DNA of 64,000 bases from Gammaproteobacteria bacterium (GTDB taxonomy: Bacteria > Pseudomonadota > Gammaproteobacteria > Eutrophobiales > Eutrophobiaceae), in contig OZ244890.1 in the NCBI GenBank assembly GCA_965221455.1, positions 2,142,290 through 2,206,289 of the forward strand, in the 5' to 3' direction. Shown here in pieces: positions 10,268 through 22,323 of this stretch. A model generated the notes under the pieces. That model ran no database searches, was not told where the DNA came from, and saw nothing but the letters and a program-made list of their open reading frames with translations. The position numbers and the translations under genes are program-made. Numbering within the stretch: position 1 is the first letter of the stretch; each line of letters starts with the position of its first letter.

Positions 10268-11545
10268 GTGAACAAATTAACAACATTAAAGAGTGCCGTT
10301 CTACTTGTTGCGACGGGCATGTTCTCCTTATCGCAGATGGCCATGGCTGAAGTGAGTATTTCGGGTTGGGTGAATGAAGGTTTTACATACGGCGACGATG
10401 GCGTAAATAGTGATGCTGTGCAGACATCTGATAACGGTACTACGCTGGGTACACGTATGACTTTTGCAGGCCATACGGAAGTGTCTACCGGTCTCACGGC
10501 AGGCTTTGAGATTATTATTGAGCCATCTGCTACGGGTAACCTGCTTGGTTTCGGTTCTGGTAAGAGGGCAGGTGTGCCCGGACCTGCTGTTGATGATAAC
10601 CAAAATGGTCATGACATTGGTGTATTGGGTAACAGCGTACATATCAGTGGTGACTGGGGTAAGCTCACGGTAGGTTTGCAGTCCATGCCTACAGATAACA
10701 TTGCCGTGTTGGAAGATCCTTCGCTGACGCTATGGTCGAGTATCTCTCCCATCTTCCGTGGCAATAGTGCTACTATTCAAGGTCGTTTTCAAGGTCGTTC
10801 TAATATTCCCAATTTTCCAGCTCTTGCATGGGGTAACTTTCTGCAGTGTCTTTCAGTGCCTGGTCTGGGTATCGGTATCGACTGTAACGGTATTTATCGT
10901 CAGGGCGTACGCTATGACCTGCCTTCATTCGGTCCTATCACAATCGCTATTGGTCATGCCAATGATGACGTTTACGACATCGCTGCCAAGTATAAAGGTA
11001 CTGCGGGTCGCGTAAGCACACAACTTGCCTTGGGTTACAATGTCAATCAAGGTGGTGGTGGTGCCAATGTTGGTGCCAGCGAATCTGACACGTTTCAAAT
11101 GCAGGCTGGTTTGATAGATCCTGTCTCGGGTCTGTTCGGTTCTATCGCGTACCAGGCGGAAGAAGCTGACGGGGCGAATGCAAATACAGGTGATGACACC
11201 GATGCCTGGTGGTTGAAAGTGGGTGTGAAGAAAGCCTGGATGTCTGCTGGCGATACTTCGCTCTCCTTCCAGTATGGTCATTACAATGATCAATTTGGTG
11301 GTGTAAATGCTATTGTAAATCCTGCACTTCAAGCTGCTCGTCTTCCTGTTAATCCTGTTACTGGTTCTGAAGTGCAGCGTATCGGTGTGTCTGTTGACCA
11401 GTATTTCGGTAGTAGCCTAATTATTTACGGTGTCTGGGAACGGTTAGACTTAGACGTGGATCTATCACCTGCTGCTGCTGCTGCTATTAGCGTCAATGCC
11501 GAAGCACTTAATATGTTCACACTTGGTGCAACCTACTTCTTCTAG
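10268..11545 (+). CDS. Outer-membrane porin
   Basis: Signal peptide, amphipathic beta strands, C-terminal Phe (GATYFF), strong RBS. Confidence 0.85.
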   Translation: MNKLTTLKSAVLLVATGMFSLSQMAMAEVSISGWVNEGFTYGDDGVNSDAVQTSDNGTTLGTRMTFAGHTEVSTGLTAGFEIIIEPSATGNLLGFGSGKRAGVPGPAVDDNQNGHDIGVLGNSVHISGDWGKLTVGLQSMPTDNIAVLEDPSLTLWSSISPIFRGNSATIQGRFQGRSNIPNFPALAWGNFLQCLSVPGLGIGIDCNGIYRQGVRYDLPSFGPITIAIGHANDDVYDIAAKYKGTAGRVSTQLALGYNVNQGGGGANVGASESDTFQMQAGLIDPVSGLFGSIAYQAEEADGANANTGDDTDAWWLKVGVKKAWMSAGDTSLSFQYGHYNDQFGGVNAIVNPALQAARLPVNPVTGSEVQRIGVSVDQYFGSSLIIYGVWERLDLDVDLSPAAAAAISVNAEALNMFTLGATYFF

Positions 11546-11593
11546 GATTTTCTGTGAAGGAGTAAGTTAAGCAAGTTTTATCTTGCTGAATGA

Positions 11594-11624
11594 AGAGGCC
11601 TCCTTGGTGGAGGCCTTTTTTTTG
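11594..11624 (+). terminator. Rho-independent terminator
   Basis: AGGCCTCC-TTGGT-GGAGGCCT followed by a T-run. Confidence 0.8.
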
Positions 11625-11832
11625 CCAGTTAAAAATGAAGGAAACAACTTTTATTGTCCGGAAGCGCGATACGGTAAAAATGGGGAGTTGGATACAAAGC
11701 TGATTTGTGTTGCATTCACGCCTGGATTTTAAAGTATGGAAATCAATGAAAATTGTTGTAAACTTCGCGACCACTGTGCGTTCAAAGATTTAAACGAGCA
11801 ATTTCATCAAAGCAAAAAACTAACAGGTTCCG

Positions 11833-12774
11833 ATGATAAAACGACATAAATGCCGGATATTTGCCTTGTTAATGCTATTGCCATCCTCCGCTGCTTTCAC
11901 AGCAGGCTTCCTTGAAGATGACGAAGACATCATTTGGAAATCAGGTCTTAACCTGTATTTCAAATATGCGAGTCAGGATGAATCCAGGTATGGCAGGAAC
12001 AAACATCCCGTTGATTTACCTGAAAAAGATATCAATCTCGCCCTGAAGTCATTAGAGGTGACTGAGAAAGGTTTTTTATCAGGTGAAAAAATCAGGCCGG
12101 TTTTTTCAGTTTCACAAACCAATTTACTGAGTAAACATTTGTCTACAGGCCTAAAAACCGCGAAGCCGAACCAGGATATTATATTTGTCATGGAAGGTGG
12201 CAGGAGAAAACTGGTTTTATTAAATGAGAAGAACTTTGTTGCCGGTCGCGTATTTTATAAAGATGACAAGCTCAACATCATTATCGGGGAATTTGATAGA
12301 GCCAGAAGTACCGAGTTTGAAAGACAGTATGATCCCTCCGGTAGAGCGTCAGTGCCTTACTCTTTTAATCACGGCAGGCGTGCAAAAACATCCGGTAATT
12401 TTAAAGGTAGTATCACACCTGTTTCCGGAGTTGAAAATAAAAAAATCGGCAAGAAATTACGCAAAGATTGGTTAATGATTGATGTGGGAACCGCATCAAA
12501 AGCCTATATTGCGAAGTTAGATGGAAGAAATAATCCTTCGCCGCAACGAGATTCTGCACTGGAAATGGAAGCAGCTGCAAAATTAGCCAGGGAAAGCCGC
12601 CAGATGCGAGTGGAAATGGCGCGCATGCGTAAAGATATGCGGGAGGCTAACGTGGGTGCTGCATCGAAAACACTCGAAGAAAGAATCAAAACACTTGATG
12701 CACTTAGAAAGGATGAACTGATCACCCAGGAAGAATACGATATTAAACGTAAGGAAATACTGAACGATATCTGA
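11833..12774 (+). CDS. Exported SHOCT-domain protein
   Basis: Signal peptide; C-terminal LEERIKTLDALRKDELITQEEYDIKRKEIL. Confidence 0.8.
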   Translation: MIKRHKCRIFALLMLLPSSAAFTAGFLEDDEDIIWKSGLNLYFKYASQDESRYGRNKHPVDLPEKDINLALKSLEVTEKGFLSGEKIRPVFSVSQTNLLSKHLSTGLKTAKPNQDIIFVMEGGRRKLVLLNEKNFVAGRVFYKDDKLNIIIGEFDRARSTEFERQYDPSGRASVPYSFNHGRRAKTSGNFKGSITPVSGVENKKIGKKLRKDWLMIDVGTASKAYIAKLDGRNNPSPQRDSALEMEAAAKLARESRQMRVEMARMRKDMREANVGAASKTLEERIKTLDALRKDELITQEEYDIKRKEILNDI

Positions 12775-12814
12775 CAAGACGATATCAAATGCCGATCCTG
12801 GATCAATAACACAG

Positions 12815-13792
12815 TTGAAAGTTCTTTACCCTGAAATAGAGCCATTTGCGACAGATATTCTTGAGTCAGGCGATGGGCATTGCATCTATTTCGAGCAATC
12901 GGGTAACGTCAACGGGCTACCGGTTATTTTTCTGCATGGTGGTCCCGGTTCCGGCTGCAATGAGAATCATCGCCGGTATTTCAATCCGGAGAAATACAGA
13001 ATTATTATTTTTGATCAGCGGGGTTGTCATCGATCAAAACCGAATGGCTGCGTGGAAAATAACACTACGCAGAAACTGCTTGCTGATGTTGACTCAATTC
13101 GCAACGAATTGCACATCGAAAAACTCGTTTTATTCGGTGGTTCCTGGGGTGCAACATTAGCCTTACTTTATGCCGAACAATCTCCACAACATGTCGCCGC
13201 CATGGTTTTGCGCGGGACTTTCCTGGCCAGACGGTCTGATTTTGACTGGTTCGCTGGTGGCATCAACGGTGTCAATCGAATATTTCCTGATTACTGGCAA
13301 GAGTTTATGTCAATCTTCGATGAGGCTGAAAAGGCAAATTGTCTGGGTGCGCTGCACCGACGGATTTTTTCAGACAACAGGGAAATGCAACTGGAAGCAG
13401 CGCAGGCATGGTCGCTGTGGGCAGGTCGAATCGTCACACATAGTCTGCAATTGGATGAGCCGTATGTTGTGGATGAAGATGACAATGGAAAGTTGCTTGA
13501 TGATGTAAAAATTGAAATTCACTATGCAAAAAACAGATACTTTATCAAGGAAAACCAAATACTGGATAACCTGGCAGCCATCCCGGACCTCCCCATTACT
13601 ATCATCCATGGGCGTAAGGATCTGACCTGTCTGCCTGAGGCTTCATGGTCAGTTCACCAATCTCGCATAAACTCCAATATGACAAAATCTACACTTGTGA
13701 TGGTATCTGATGCAGGTCATCTTGCTGGAGAACCTGCAATGGTCGATACTCTGGTGTCTGCGACTGATCATATGGCGAATATCCTTTCGTAA
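12815..13792 (+). CDS. pip: Proline iminopeptidase
   Basis: LHGGPG, FDQRG, GGSWG nucleophile motif, AGH. Confidence 0.9.
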   Translation: MKVLYPEIEPFATDILESGDGHCIYFEQSGNVNGLPVIFLHGGPGSGCNENHRRYFNPEKYRIIIFDQRGCHRSKPNGCVENNTTQKLLADVDSIRNELHIEKLVLFGGSWGATLALLYAEQSPQHVAAMVLRGTFLARRSDFDWFAGGINGVNRIFPDYWQEFMSIFDEAEKANCLGALHRRIFSDNREMQLEAAQAWSLWAGRIVTHSLQLDEPYVVDEDDNGKLLDDVKIEIHYAKNRYFIKENQILDNLAAIPDLPITIIHGRKDLTCLPEASWSVHQSRINSNMTKSTLVMVSDAGHLAGEPAMVDTLVSATDHMANILS

Positions 13793-13802
13793 AATATAGC
13801 CC

Positions 13803-14630
13803 ATGAATATCTTCAGTCGTAATGCGCCTGTCATCATGGGTATTTTGAATGTCACACCCGATAGTTTTTCAGATGGCGGGCGATTTAGCGGAACCAGTCC
13901 AGCAGTTAAATCTGCTGTGCAGATGATGTATGAAGGGGCGGATGTTATTGATGTTGGTGGAGAATCAACCAGGCCGGGTTCCAGGCGAGTCAACGCTGAT
14001 GAACAGATTTCACGCACAGGAGAGATCATTAAATCAATCGGGGAAATCGCTCTGGAAGAAACACAGATCAGTATTGATACCACTTTATCGAAAGTTGCGG
14101 AAGCGGCGATTGCGTCCGGGGCTGCCATGATTAATGATGTGTCGGCCGGGACGGATGATCCACAGATATTGGAATTAGCGGCTGATACAAATCTGCCAAT
14201 TATTCTCATGCATATGCAGGGGACACCGCAAACAATGCAAGTGAAACCTGTATATGATGATGTTGTTGAAGATATACGTGCTTACTTACTCGAAAGAGTG
14301 GAAGCCGCGATCACCGCCGGGATCAAAAAAGAAAATATTGCTATTGATCCCGGTATTGGTTTTGGTAAGACTCAGGCTCATAATATGCAATTAATGGCTT
14401 GCCTGGATAGATTCGTTGATACAGGATTGCCTGTACTATTAGGGGCCAGTCGGAAACGATTTATGGGTTCAATATGTGCAGGTGCGGAGCCTGGAGAGCT
14501 TGTTGGGGCGACTTGTGCAACAACGGTTGCAGGTGTAAATGCCGGAGTGCGCATGTTTAGAGTACATGATGTACGGCCGAACCGACAAGCAGCGGATGTT
14601 GCCTGGGCGTTAAAAAATGTTCACTCATAA
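13803..14630 (+). CDS. folP: Dihydropteroate synthase
   Basis: [41 protein letters not shown]. Confidence 0.95.
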   Translation: MNIFSRNAPVIMGILNVTPDSFSDGGRFSGTSPAVKSAVQMMYEGADVIDVGGESTRPGSRRVNADEQISRTGEIIKSIGEIALEETQISIDTTLSKVAEAAIASGAAMINDVSAGTDDPQILELAADTNLPIILMHMQGTPQTMQVKPVYDDVVEDIRAYLLERVEAAITAGIKKENIAIDPGIGFGKTQAHNMQLMACLDRFVDTGLPVLLGASRKRFMGSICAGAEPGELVGATCATTVAGVNAGVRMFRVHDVRPNRQAADVAWALKNVHS

Positions 14631-15797
14631 TTTATCAGCTTCTTCATCCTTGATGATTGTCCTTGAATTTCTCATGTTTCGAAATACCAATGGCTGTGCT
14701 TTTACGTCGGATTCTGTTTCGTTGGCGGCAATTTTTCCTATTCGTGCAATATCGTCAAGCAAGGCCTGGTGATTTGGTGATTTATCACAAACGGGATCGG
14801 TATTGGCGGCATCGCCCGTCATCATAAAAGCCTGGCAACGACAACCGCCAAAATCCTTTTCTTTTTCCGGACAAGAGCGACAGGGTTCCTTCATCCAGTC
14901 GAAACCACGAAAGTGGTTAAAACCAGGGGAATCTTTCCACAGATCCTCAATGCTATGATCCTTAACATTGGGAAATTCAATCGGCAGTTGACCAGCTTCG
15001 TGGCATGGTAGCGCTGTTCCATCCGGAGTAATTGTCAGGAAGATAGCACCCCAGCCATTCATACAGGGTTTCGGACGATTTTCAAAATAATCCGGTATCA
15101 CATAGATGATTTTTGATTTACCCTGCATTTTATCCTGATATTCCTTGGCGACTATTTCAGCTTTGGCTAACTGTTCTCGCGTTGGGAGTAAATGATCAAC
15201 GTTAATTCGTGACCAGCCATAATATTGAGTACTGGCTAACTCGACATAATCAGCATTCAATTCAACTGTCATATCAAGTATGTCGCGGATCTGATCTATA
15301 TTTTTGCGATGAATAACAATGTTTAATACCATCGGATAGTCATATGCCTTGACTATCCTGGCCATTTCATATTTGTGTTGAAATGTTTTTGTGCCGCCGA
15401 GAAAATTATTCAACTCTTCATTGCTGGCCTGAAAACTGATCTGGATGTGATCCAGTCCGGCATCTTTAAAACGTTTCACACGCGCTTCATCCATACCGAC
15501 TCCCGATGTGATCAGGTTGGTATAATATCCAAGGTGATTCGCCTCCTGGATAAGTTCTTCAAGATCCTGACGCACTAATGGTTCACCGCCTGAAAACCCC
15601 AATTGAGTGGCCCCCATCTTGCGTGCCTGTTGCATAACACGAATCCAGTCTTCAGTTGATAGTTCGTTTTGATATTTGGCTATTTCAAGAGGGTTCGAAC
15701 AATAGGGACATTGCAAAGGACACTTATATGTCAGCTCTGCCAACAGCCATAAAGGCGGGTTTATTTTACCGTTTGTTTCTAATCCAACCATTGGCAT
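14625..15797 (-). CDS. pqqE: PQQ biosynthesis radical SAM protein
   Basis: [20 protein letters not shown]; SPASM cysteines. Confidence 0.95.
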   Translation of the reverse strand: MPMVGLETNGKINPPLWLLAELTYKCPLQCPYCSNPLEIAKYQNELSTEDWIRVMQQARKMGATQLGFSGGEPLVRQDLEELIQEANHLGYYTNLITSGVGMDEARVKRFKDAGLDHIQISFQASNEELNNFLGGTKTFQHKYEMARIVKAYDYPMVLNIVIHRKNIDQIRDILDMTVELNADYVELASTQYYGWSRINVDHLLPTREQLAKAEIVAKEYQDKMQGKSKIIYVIPDYFENRPKPCMNGWGAIFLTITPDGTALPCHEAGQLPIEFPNVKDHSIEDLWKDSPGFNHFRGFDWMKEPCRSCPEKEKDFGGCRCQAFMMTGDAANTDPVCDKSPNHQALLDDIARIGKIAANETESDVKAQPLVFRNMRNSRTIIKDEEADKL

Positions 15798-16041
15798 AAG
15801 CCATCTCCATGAATTTCATGACATCATCTTTCAGTTCCGTTTCTGCAAAAGTCGTTTCCAGATTATTGATGATAGTATCAATTGAGTTTTCACCATCTAT
15901 GCGCTTCATTATTTCACCTGCGCTGCCATTTAATTTGACCATGCCTTCGGGATATAAGACCACATAGCAGTCCTGCACTTCTTCCCACTGAATACGGAAA
16001 GTAGGTGCAATTTCCGGAATGTCCACTGTATTAATACCCAT
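15766..16041 (-). CDS. pqqD: PQQ peptide chaperone
   Basis: [27 protein letters not shown]. Confidence 0.92.
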   Translation of the reverse strand: MGINTVDIPEIAPTFRIQWEEVQDCYVVLYPEGMVKLNGSAGEIMKRIDGENSIDTIINNLETTFAETELKDDVMKFMEMAYANGWIRNKR

Positions 16042-16050
16042 AAGTATAGA

Positions 16051-16773
16051 CTAGCAGTTATGAAAAGGTGCTTTCTTTTCGATATAGGCCATCCACATAC
16101 TATCCAGCATGTTCCAGAGAATATCGAGTTTTAACTGTAAAATTTTCAGTGCCCGTTCTTGTTCAGCACGCGTTTTAAAATAATCCAGCGTAATATCAAG
16201 ACCGTGTTGAACATCACGACGTGCTTCAGTCAGACGCTTACGAAAATAAGTGTAGCCTTGTTGGTTAATCCAGGGATAAACCTCTGGCCAATTATCCAGT
16301 CGTTTCTGATGAATCTTTGGCGCGAATAATTCTGTCAGTGATGAGCATGCAGCTTCTTGCCAGGTAGCGCGTCGGGCAAAATTCAAATAAGCATCAATCG
16401 CAAACCGAACACCTGGTAGAACATGTTCGTAAGAAAGTGTTTCTTTGCGCGTTAAACCAACTGCCTCACCCAACTGTAACCAGGCCTCAATACCACCTTC
16501 TTCACCTTCGACACCGTCATGATCAATAATTCTTTGTACCCACTGACGACGAACATCACGCTCCGGGCAATTGCTCATGATGGCGGCATCCTTGATTGGG
16601 ATTGTAGTCTGATAATAAAAACGATTAGCGACCCATCCCTGGATAGCCTCTTTATCAAGTTTCCCTGTATTCATGAGTAAATGAAACTCATGGTTAATAT
16701 GGTAATACTTTTCTTTGTCGCGAAGTTTTTGTTCAAACTCTTTGCGCGTCCAGGGTGTCAATTCGTCAGTCAT
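16051..16773 (-). CDS. pqqC: PQQ synthase
   Basis: [29 protein letters not shown]. Confidence 0.95.
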   Translation of the reverse strand: MTDELTPWTRKEFEQKLRDKEKYYHINHEFHLLMNTGKLDKEAIQGWVANRFYYQTTIPIKDAAIMSNCPERDVRRQWVQRIIDHDGVEGEEGGIEAWLQLGEAVGLTRKETLSYEHVLPGVRFAIDAYLNFARRATWQEAACSSLTELFAPKIHQKRLDNWPEVYPWINQQGYTYFRKRLTEARRDVQHGLDITLDYFKTRAEQERALKILQLKLDILWNMLDSMWMAYIEKKAPFHNC

Positions 16774-16794
16774 TTATATTCTCTCCAGCACATT

Positions 16795-17709
16795 TTATAT
16801 GTGAATATCCATGCCATCGTGGGAAACTTCAATGTCTGCATCGTCCAACGCCTTGCGCTCATCAGACTCTTCGTCAAGAATAGGGTTAGTGTTGTTAATA
16901 TGAATTAAAATCTTTCTTGGTTTTGAAAGTGAACCTAGAGTATCCTTGATACCGCCCTTGCTGGATTGATCCAGATGACCCATTTCACTTGCCAGCTTGT
17001 CGCTAATGCCGTGCCTGGACATTTCATCATTGGTCCAGACAGTACCATCCACAAGCACCACATCAGCATTCTGCATATATTCATATACATGATCCTCAAT
17101 CTCCCCCAGACCAGGCGCATAGAAAAGATTTTTACCAGTGGAAGTATCCTCAACCTTGAAGCCGACGTTATCACCGACCACGGGGTTTCCTCTATGAGGT
17201 GAGTAGGGAGGTGCTTCACTTTTCAAGGGGACAGCGGTAAATATCAGGTTATCTGCCTTTGGGATGGTGAATATCGATTGATCGGTTTTGACTTCATGCC
17301 AGTTCACGCCTCGAAAATGTTCCAGGATATTAAAAATTGGATAGCCTGTTGTCATATCCTCATAAACACTGGAGGTACAATAAACGTCCCAGGGTTTATC
17401 ATGTTCCCTGAGCATGAGAAGACCTGTGGAATGATCAATTTGACCGTCACACAAAACAATTGAGCAGATCCCCGTATCTCGCACCTGCCGAGCGGGTTGT
17501 AGGGGAGGAAAGGACTCTAGTTGAGCACGAATATCGGGAGAGGCATTAAATAAAACCCAATCTACGCCATTACCACTAATAGTGATCGATGATTGAGTAC
17601 GCGCTGAGCTTTTGATGTTCCCTTTTCTGAGACGCGCACAATTATCACAGTTACAGTTCCACTGCGGAAAACCGCCGCCAGCGCCGGAGCCTAACAAATG
17701 TATATGCAT
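16795..17709 (-). CDS. pqqB: PQQ biosynthesis protein B
   Basis: GSGAGGGFPQWNCNC, RTQSS, MGHL, IHINNTNP. Confidence 0.95.
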   Translation of the reverse strand: MHIHLLGSGAGGGFPQWNCNCDNCARLRKGNIKSSARTQSSITISGNGVDWVLFNASPDIRAQLESFPPLQPARQVRDTGICSIVLCDGQIDHSTGLLMLREHDKPWDVYCTSSVYEDMTTGYPIFNILEHFRGVNWHEVKTDQSIFTIPKADNLIFTAVPLKSEAPPYSPHRGNPVVGDNVGFKVEDTSTGKNLFYAPGLGEIEDHVYEYMQNADVVLVDGTVWTNDEMSRHGISDKLASEMGHLDQSSKGGIKDTLGSLSKPRKILIHINNTNPILDEESDERKALDDADIEVSHDGMDIHI

Positions 17710-17983
17710 AAAGTTTTACCCTGGATTTATTTCGAAGTATGTTTTCAGAGGGGCGAAAAACGTGCCACATTATTGAAACGTAATAACCTGTATTTTATCA
17801 TAAATAAATAACATCATATAAAACAAATAGATAGTTTATATATCATGTTAATTTCAGATACTTCTTACATGTTCACAAATTGAGAATTATTTAAAAGCGG
17901 TTGGCAAAGACCGATGCGATTGGTTGAAATGAACCGACGCTATCAGGTTTAAATTTTCAAGCTGGGCGTATAATTGAGAAATC

Positions 17984-19498
17984 ATGAGTGAAAATCAAGA
18001 ACATTTACTATTTTTAACCGGGAAACTGGCTGAAAAGCGCTTGCACAGGATACTCGATACGATGCGGCCGACCGATTTTACCTACGAAGTCGAAAATGTC
18101 GGTGTGAATGTCGCCGCGCTGATGACGACAGAGATGATAAAACGTCGATTAATCATGTCGGAAAGTCCGGATAGAGTGATTCTTCCTGGCTTATGTCGTG
18201 GAGATTTAGCGGCTATCAGTAATTATTTCGGAGTACCATTCAACCATGGACCTATCGATCTTAAAGATATGCCAGCCTTCTTTGGTCATGACTGCAAAGT
18301 CCCCGATTTAAGTCAGCATGATGTGTTGATATTCGCGGAAATCGTCGATGCGCCTGATTTAACGATCGGGGATATCGTTAAACGAGCTGAAAAATATCGA
18401 CGTGATGGCGCAAATGTTATAGATGTTGGTTGCTTGCCGGAAACGCCATTTCCTCATCTTGAAGAGACTGTTAAAGTGTTACATGAGCTGGGTTTCAAAG
18501 TGAGTGTTGATTCATTGGAAGATAATGATCTTTTACGCGGTGGACGCGCTGGTGCGGATTATTTATTGAGTCTGGGTGAAAGCACACTCTGGATTGCAGA
18601 TGAGGTGTCTTCAATTCCGGTTTTAATTCCTGACAAACACGGTGATATGGAATCCATGTATCGTGTCATAGAGAAATTTGTCGAAAAAGGCAGACCATTT
18701 TTTGCCGATTGCATTCTTGATCCAATCCATTTTGGTTTTACAGAATCTCTGGTGCGCTATCATGAGCTAAGACAACAATGTCCTGATATTAAAGTTATGA
18801 TGGGTGTGGGGAATCTCACAGAACTGACAGAAGCAGATACTACAGGTATCAACGCGATTCTATTTGGAATAATTTCCGAGCTGGGGTTGAATGCTATTTT
18901 GACCACAGAAGTGAGTCCACATGCACGTGCCGCAGTAAGAGAAGCGGATTTTGCACGAAGGATGATGTATGCCGCAAAAAAAGAAGGTAGCTTGCCGAAA
19001 GGTTTTGCCGGATCGTTATTAACGACGCACGCACGAAAACCATTTCCATACACGGCGGAAGAAATTGCAGAGCTGGCGTCAGAAATAAGAGATCCGAGCT
19101 ATCGTATTCAGGTGAGCGAGGCGGGTGTTCATGTCTATAATAGAGATGGCATAATAAATGCTGACAATCCTTTTGAATTGTTTTCAGATCTTGATTTAAT
19201 ACAAGAAGATGCTCCTCATGCGTTTTACATGGGAGTGGAACTCGCACGGGCACAAATTGCCTGGCAGCTGGGTAAGCGCTATGTGCAGGATGAAGAATTG
19301 ACGTGGGGTGTTGCAACTGATCCTGATGATGACTTGAGTTCTGAAGACAGTTCAAAAGCGGCACATGCACTAAAAGATGGAAAGCAAAAAGGCACAAGCA
19401 GTACAGAATATAAAGCTGCAGGTTCAACCTTGCAGGTCAAGAAAGATAGAGTGAGTAAAAAAAGGGTGAACAAGAGGAAAACAGCTAAAAAGGTTTGA
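17984..19498 (+). CDS. Dihydropteroate-synthase-like H4MPT biosynthesis protein (Orf20/DUF6513 type)
   Basis: LLFLTGKLA, IFAEIVDAP, GNLTELTEAD, HAFYMGVELARA. Confidence 0.8.
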   Translation: MSENQEHLLFLTGKLAEKRLHRILDTMRPTDFTYEVENVGVNVAALMTTEMIKRRLIMSESPDRVILPGLCRGDLAAISNYFGVPFNHGPIDLKDMPAFFGHDCKVPDLSQHDVLIFAEIVDAPDLTIGDIVKRAEKYRRDGANVIDVGCLPETPFPHLEETVKVLHELGFKVSVDSLEDNDLLRGGRAGADYLLSLGESTLWIADEVSSIPVLIPDKHGDMESMYRVIEKFVEKGRPFFADCILDPIHFGFTESLVRYHELRQQCPDIKVMMGVGNLTELTEADTTGINAILFGIISELGLNAILTTEVSPHARAAVREADFARRMMYAAKKEGSLPKGFAGSLLTTHARKPFPYTAEEIAELASEIRDPSYRIQVSEAGVHVYNRDGIINADNPFELFSDLDLIQEDAPHAFYMGVELARAQIAWQLGKRYVQDEELTWGVATDPDDDLSSEDSSKAAHALKDGKQKGTSSTEYKAAGSTLQVKKDRVSKKRVNKRKTAKKV

Positions 19499-19513
19499 AT
19501 AAAAATATCCAGT

Positions 19514-20101
19514 ATGATGATCAATGAATCAATTATTACAACATTAAATGAAGACAAGTCGGTGCATCTTGCGCCGATGGGTGTGAGATGCGAGGATAAT
19601 TTTTTTGTTATCGCACCATTCAAACCTTCAAGGACACTGGAAAATCTGGAAAGAAATGGTACAGCCATAATCAATATGACTGATGATGTACGCATTTTTG
19701 CTGGCTGCATGACTGGTTATTACGACTGGCCGACGGTAACTGCCTCATTGATTGAGGGACAGAGACTAAAAGCTGCATTGAGCCATATTGAGACCGAGGT
19801 TGTTCGGCAAGAAGATAATGAAATTCGTCCGGTGTTTTATTGTCAGGAAAGATTTCGGGAAAATCATGCGCCATTTATGGGACTGAATCGTGCGAAGGCG
19901 GCGGTGCTTGAAGCGGCGGTGCTTGTCAGTCGTTTACATATGTTGCCCGATAAAAAAATAGATAATGAAATTAAATATTTAGAAATAGCGATAGATAAAA
20001 CGGCTGGCGAACATGAATTAGAGGCGTGGGGATGGTTAATGGATCGTATTAAAACCTTTAGAGAACAGGATGTAAGGCGAGAACAGGGAAGTGCAGTATG
20101 A
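19514..20101 (+). CDS. DUF447 family protein (Orf19-like)
   Basis: I.E.IITT...H.APMG...PF.PS.TL.NL; NRA.AAV.EAAVLVSRL. Confidence 0.8.
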   Translation: MMINESIITTLNEDKSVHLAPMGVRCEDNFFVIAPFKPSRTLENLERNGTAIINMTDDVRIFAGCMTGYYDWPTVTASLIEGQRLKAALSHIETEVVRQEDNEIRPVFYCQERFRENHAPFMGLNRAKAAVLEAAVLVSRLHMLPDKKIDNEIKYLEIAIDKTAGEHELEAWGWLMDRIKTFREQDVRREQGSAV

Positions 20102-20832
20102 CGGGAATGTTAGCCAGCGTCTCAAATTTGCAAGAGGCTCAAATCGCACTTCAGGAAAATGTTGATATCCTTGATTTGAAAGATCCTGCCTACGGTGCAC
20201 TGGGTGCCGTGACTACTGAAGTTGCCATACAAGTTGTAGAACATGTTTCTGGTCGCTGTCTTGTGAGTGCGACGGTCGGTGATTTGCCTATGCAAGCAAC
20301 GTTGATCGGTAAGGCGATTTCCTCAATGGCCTCGACAGGCGTGGATATCATCAAAGTTGGTGTGTTTGATGATTTAACTGATGAAGTGATTACATCTCTG
20401 AAAAAACAGGCGATAAAAGGGTTGAATGGTAGCGACGGTAAGCAATTTACTATCGTCATGGTGTTTTTTGTTGATAAGGGAGCGGATTTGGAGAAGATCC
20501 CTGAATTAGCGAGAGCTGGAGTAAGAGGTATAATGCTGGACACAGCCGATAAAACCAGGGGAAATCTAAGAACACACATGCAAGATGCAGATTTAAATGT
20601 TTTTGTGGCACAAGCAAAATCCTGTGGATTACAGGTAGGTTTGGCGGGTTCATTAAATGTCGGTGATATTTCATCTTTACTGGATTTTGATCCTGACTAT
20701 CTTGGTTTTCGAGGTGCCTTATGCAAGGATAATTTACGCATTCAGGCACTGGACAGCACTTCTGTGAAAAATATTCGATCCTTGATTTCAAATACAAGAG
20801 AAAACTCTGTACCAAATACAAATGGATCCTGA
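20098..20832 (+). CDS. mfnB: (5-formylfuran-3-yl)methyl phosphate synthase (MfnB/Orf22-like)
   Basis: MLASV...DILDLKDP..GALGA, SATVGD, MLDTADK, GLAGSL, GFRGALC. Confidence 0.85.
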   Translation: MTGMLASVSNLQEAQIALQENVDILDLKDPAYGALGAVTTEVAIQVVEHVSGRCLVSATVGDLPMQATLIGKAISSMASTGVDIIKVGVFDDLTDEVITSLKKQAIKGLNGSDGKQFTIVMVFFVDKGADLEKIPELARAGVRGIMLDTADKTRGNLRTHMQDADLNVFVAQAKSCGLQVGLAGSLNVGDISSLLDFDPDYLGFRGALCKDNLRIQALDSTSVKNIRSLISNTRENSVPNTNGS

Positions 20833-20881
20833 ATTAATACAATGATCCTATGGTTTAAATAATAAATAAGAGGTATCAAAA

Positions 20882-21274
20882 ATGGCACAGTGGAGAAAAA
20901 AAGAGAAAGACGCAACTTATTGCGAAGAAGAGATTGAGTCGCGATTGAAAGATGAATTACCGGATTGGTATTACGAAGATGGCTGGATCCGCAGGAAATA
21001 TAATACCAGTGGTTGGAAAGGTACACTGATAGTCATTAACACCGTTGGACATTTAGCTGAGGCAGCCTGGCATCATCCTGATATCGCTGCATCCTACGCT
21101 TTTGTTATTGTGAAATTAATGAATCATGCGGCTAAAGGCGTTACTGACAAGGATTTTGAGCTGGCAAAGAAGATAGAAGAAGTGGTGTTGTGGCAACCAG
21201 GCGTTGATGCAGAAAGTGCACTTGACGGAACGCCGGAAGATCCAAGATTTAAATATATGAAATATGGTAAATAA
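20882..21274 (+). CDS. Pterin-4a-carbinolamine dehydratase
   Basis: AEAAWHHPD motif. Confidence 0.85.
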   Translation: MAQWRKKEKDATYCEEEIESRLKDELPDWYYEDGWIRRKYNTSGWKGTLIVINTVGHLAEAAWHHPDIAASYAFVIVKLMNHAAKGVTDKDFELAKKIEEVVLWQPGVDAESALDGTPEDPRFKYMKYGK

Positions 21275-21289
21275 AGTTTGTTGCCGTTT

Positions 21290-21571
21290 TTATGCGCCAG
21301 CCCAACTCAAGGCAAGTTTCACAAGAAATATAATGTGAAATACAAAAATTATAGTCATAATAATGCCGACGATGATGAATTGGTGTAATTTACCATATTT
21401 GAATTGTCGCTCACGATTTGCCTCGCCTTGAATACCAATAAGCATGGCAAAGACACCCTGAAAAACTTCCCATAGAGCGAGCGATTCTTCCTGTTTGTTT
21501 TCTTCAGTCATCACTTTTACCTCCACTTTCATTTCTGCTCCACTTTCCGGATTTGCCGCCTGATTTTTCAA
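21290..21571 (-). CDS. DUF2970-like small membrane protein
   Basis: V..V.A..IGIQ...NRER.F..G....FI..GII. Confidence 0.65.
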   Translation of the reverse strand: MKNQAANPESGAEMKVEVKVMTEENKQEESLALWEVFQGVFAMLIGIQGEANRERQFKYGKLHQFIIVGIIMTIIFVFHIIFLVKLALSWAGA

Positions 21572-22004
21572 CCAGGCCGACTGACTCTATAGTCATGCCG
21601 CGATCAATAGCTTTACACATATCATATATCGTTAGTAGAGATGTCTGCACCGCCTGTAATGCTTCCATCTCAACGCCTGTTTGACCTGTAGTTTCAACAT
21701 GGGCCTGACAATAAACGGCATTGTCGGCGGGTTTTATTTCCAGTGATATCTGTATATGTGAAATGGATAAAGAATGACATAAAGGGATTAGATCAGCCGT
21801 TTTCTTTGCGGCCATAATACCGGCAACACGAGCAATACCCAATACATCCCCTTTTTTATGCGTGCCGGATTCGATCTGTTGCAGTGTTTGTGCCTGCATG
21901 TGGATAAAACCGTCCGCTATGGCCAGGCGATGCGTTGAAGATTTGTCTTCAATATTAACCATATGCGCTTCACCCTTTTGATTAAAATGCGTTAACCTGG
22001 TCAT
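21504..22004 (-). CDS. moaC: Cyclic pyranopterin monophosphate synthase
   Basis: [32 protein letters not shown]. Confidence 0.95.
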   Translation of the reverse strand: MTRLTHFNQKGEAHMVNIEDKSSTHRLAIADGFIHMQAQTLQQIESGTHKKGDVLGIARVAGIMAAKKTADLIPLCHSLSISHIQISLEIKPADNAVYCQAHVETTGQTGVEMEALQAVQTSLLTIYDMCKAIDRGMTIESVGLVEKSGGKSGKWSRNESGGKSDD

Positions 22005-22092
22005 CGTTATAATTGTTCATGAAATTTCGGCGGAGTTCTGTAATAGTATGCCCGACAACGTGGATTTATAGAACATTTTAACCGATGAATTT

Positions 22093-22323
22093 ATGAGTAT
22101 TACTGTTAAATATTTCGCCAGTTTGAGAGAACAATTTGGCAAAGCTGAAGAACTGCTCATGCTTGGTGAGGCCACTCCGGTTGCTGAGGTTTGGAAAAAT
22201 ATTTCTGGCACTGCAGACTCAAATAATATTTTGATGGCGATTAATATGGAATATGTAAAACCCGATGCCATTGTCAAAGACGGTGATGAAGTCGCTTTTT
22301 TCCCACCCGTGACAGGCGGTTGA
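22093..22323 (+). CDS. moaD: Molybdopterin synthase sulfur carrier
   Basis: YFASLRE...DEVAFFPPVTGG. Confidence 0.92.
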   Translation: MSITVKYFASLREQFGKAEELLMLGEATPVAEVWKNISGTADSNNILMAINMEYVKPDAIVKDGDEVAFFPPVTGG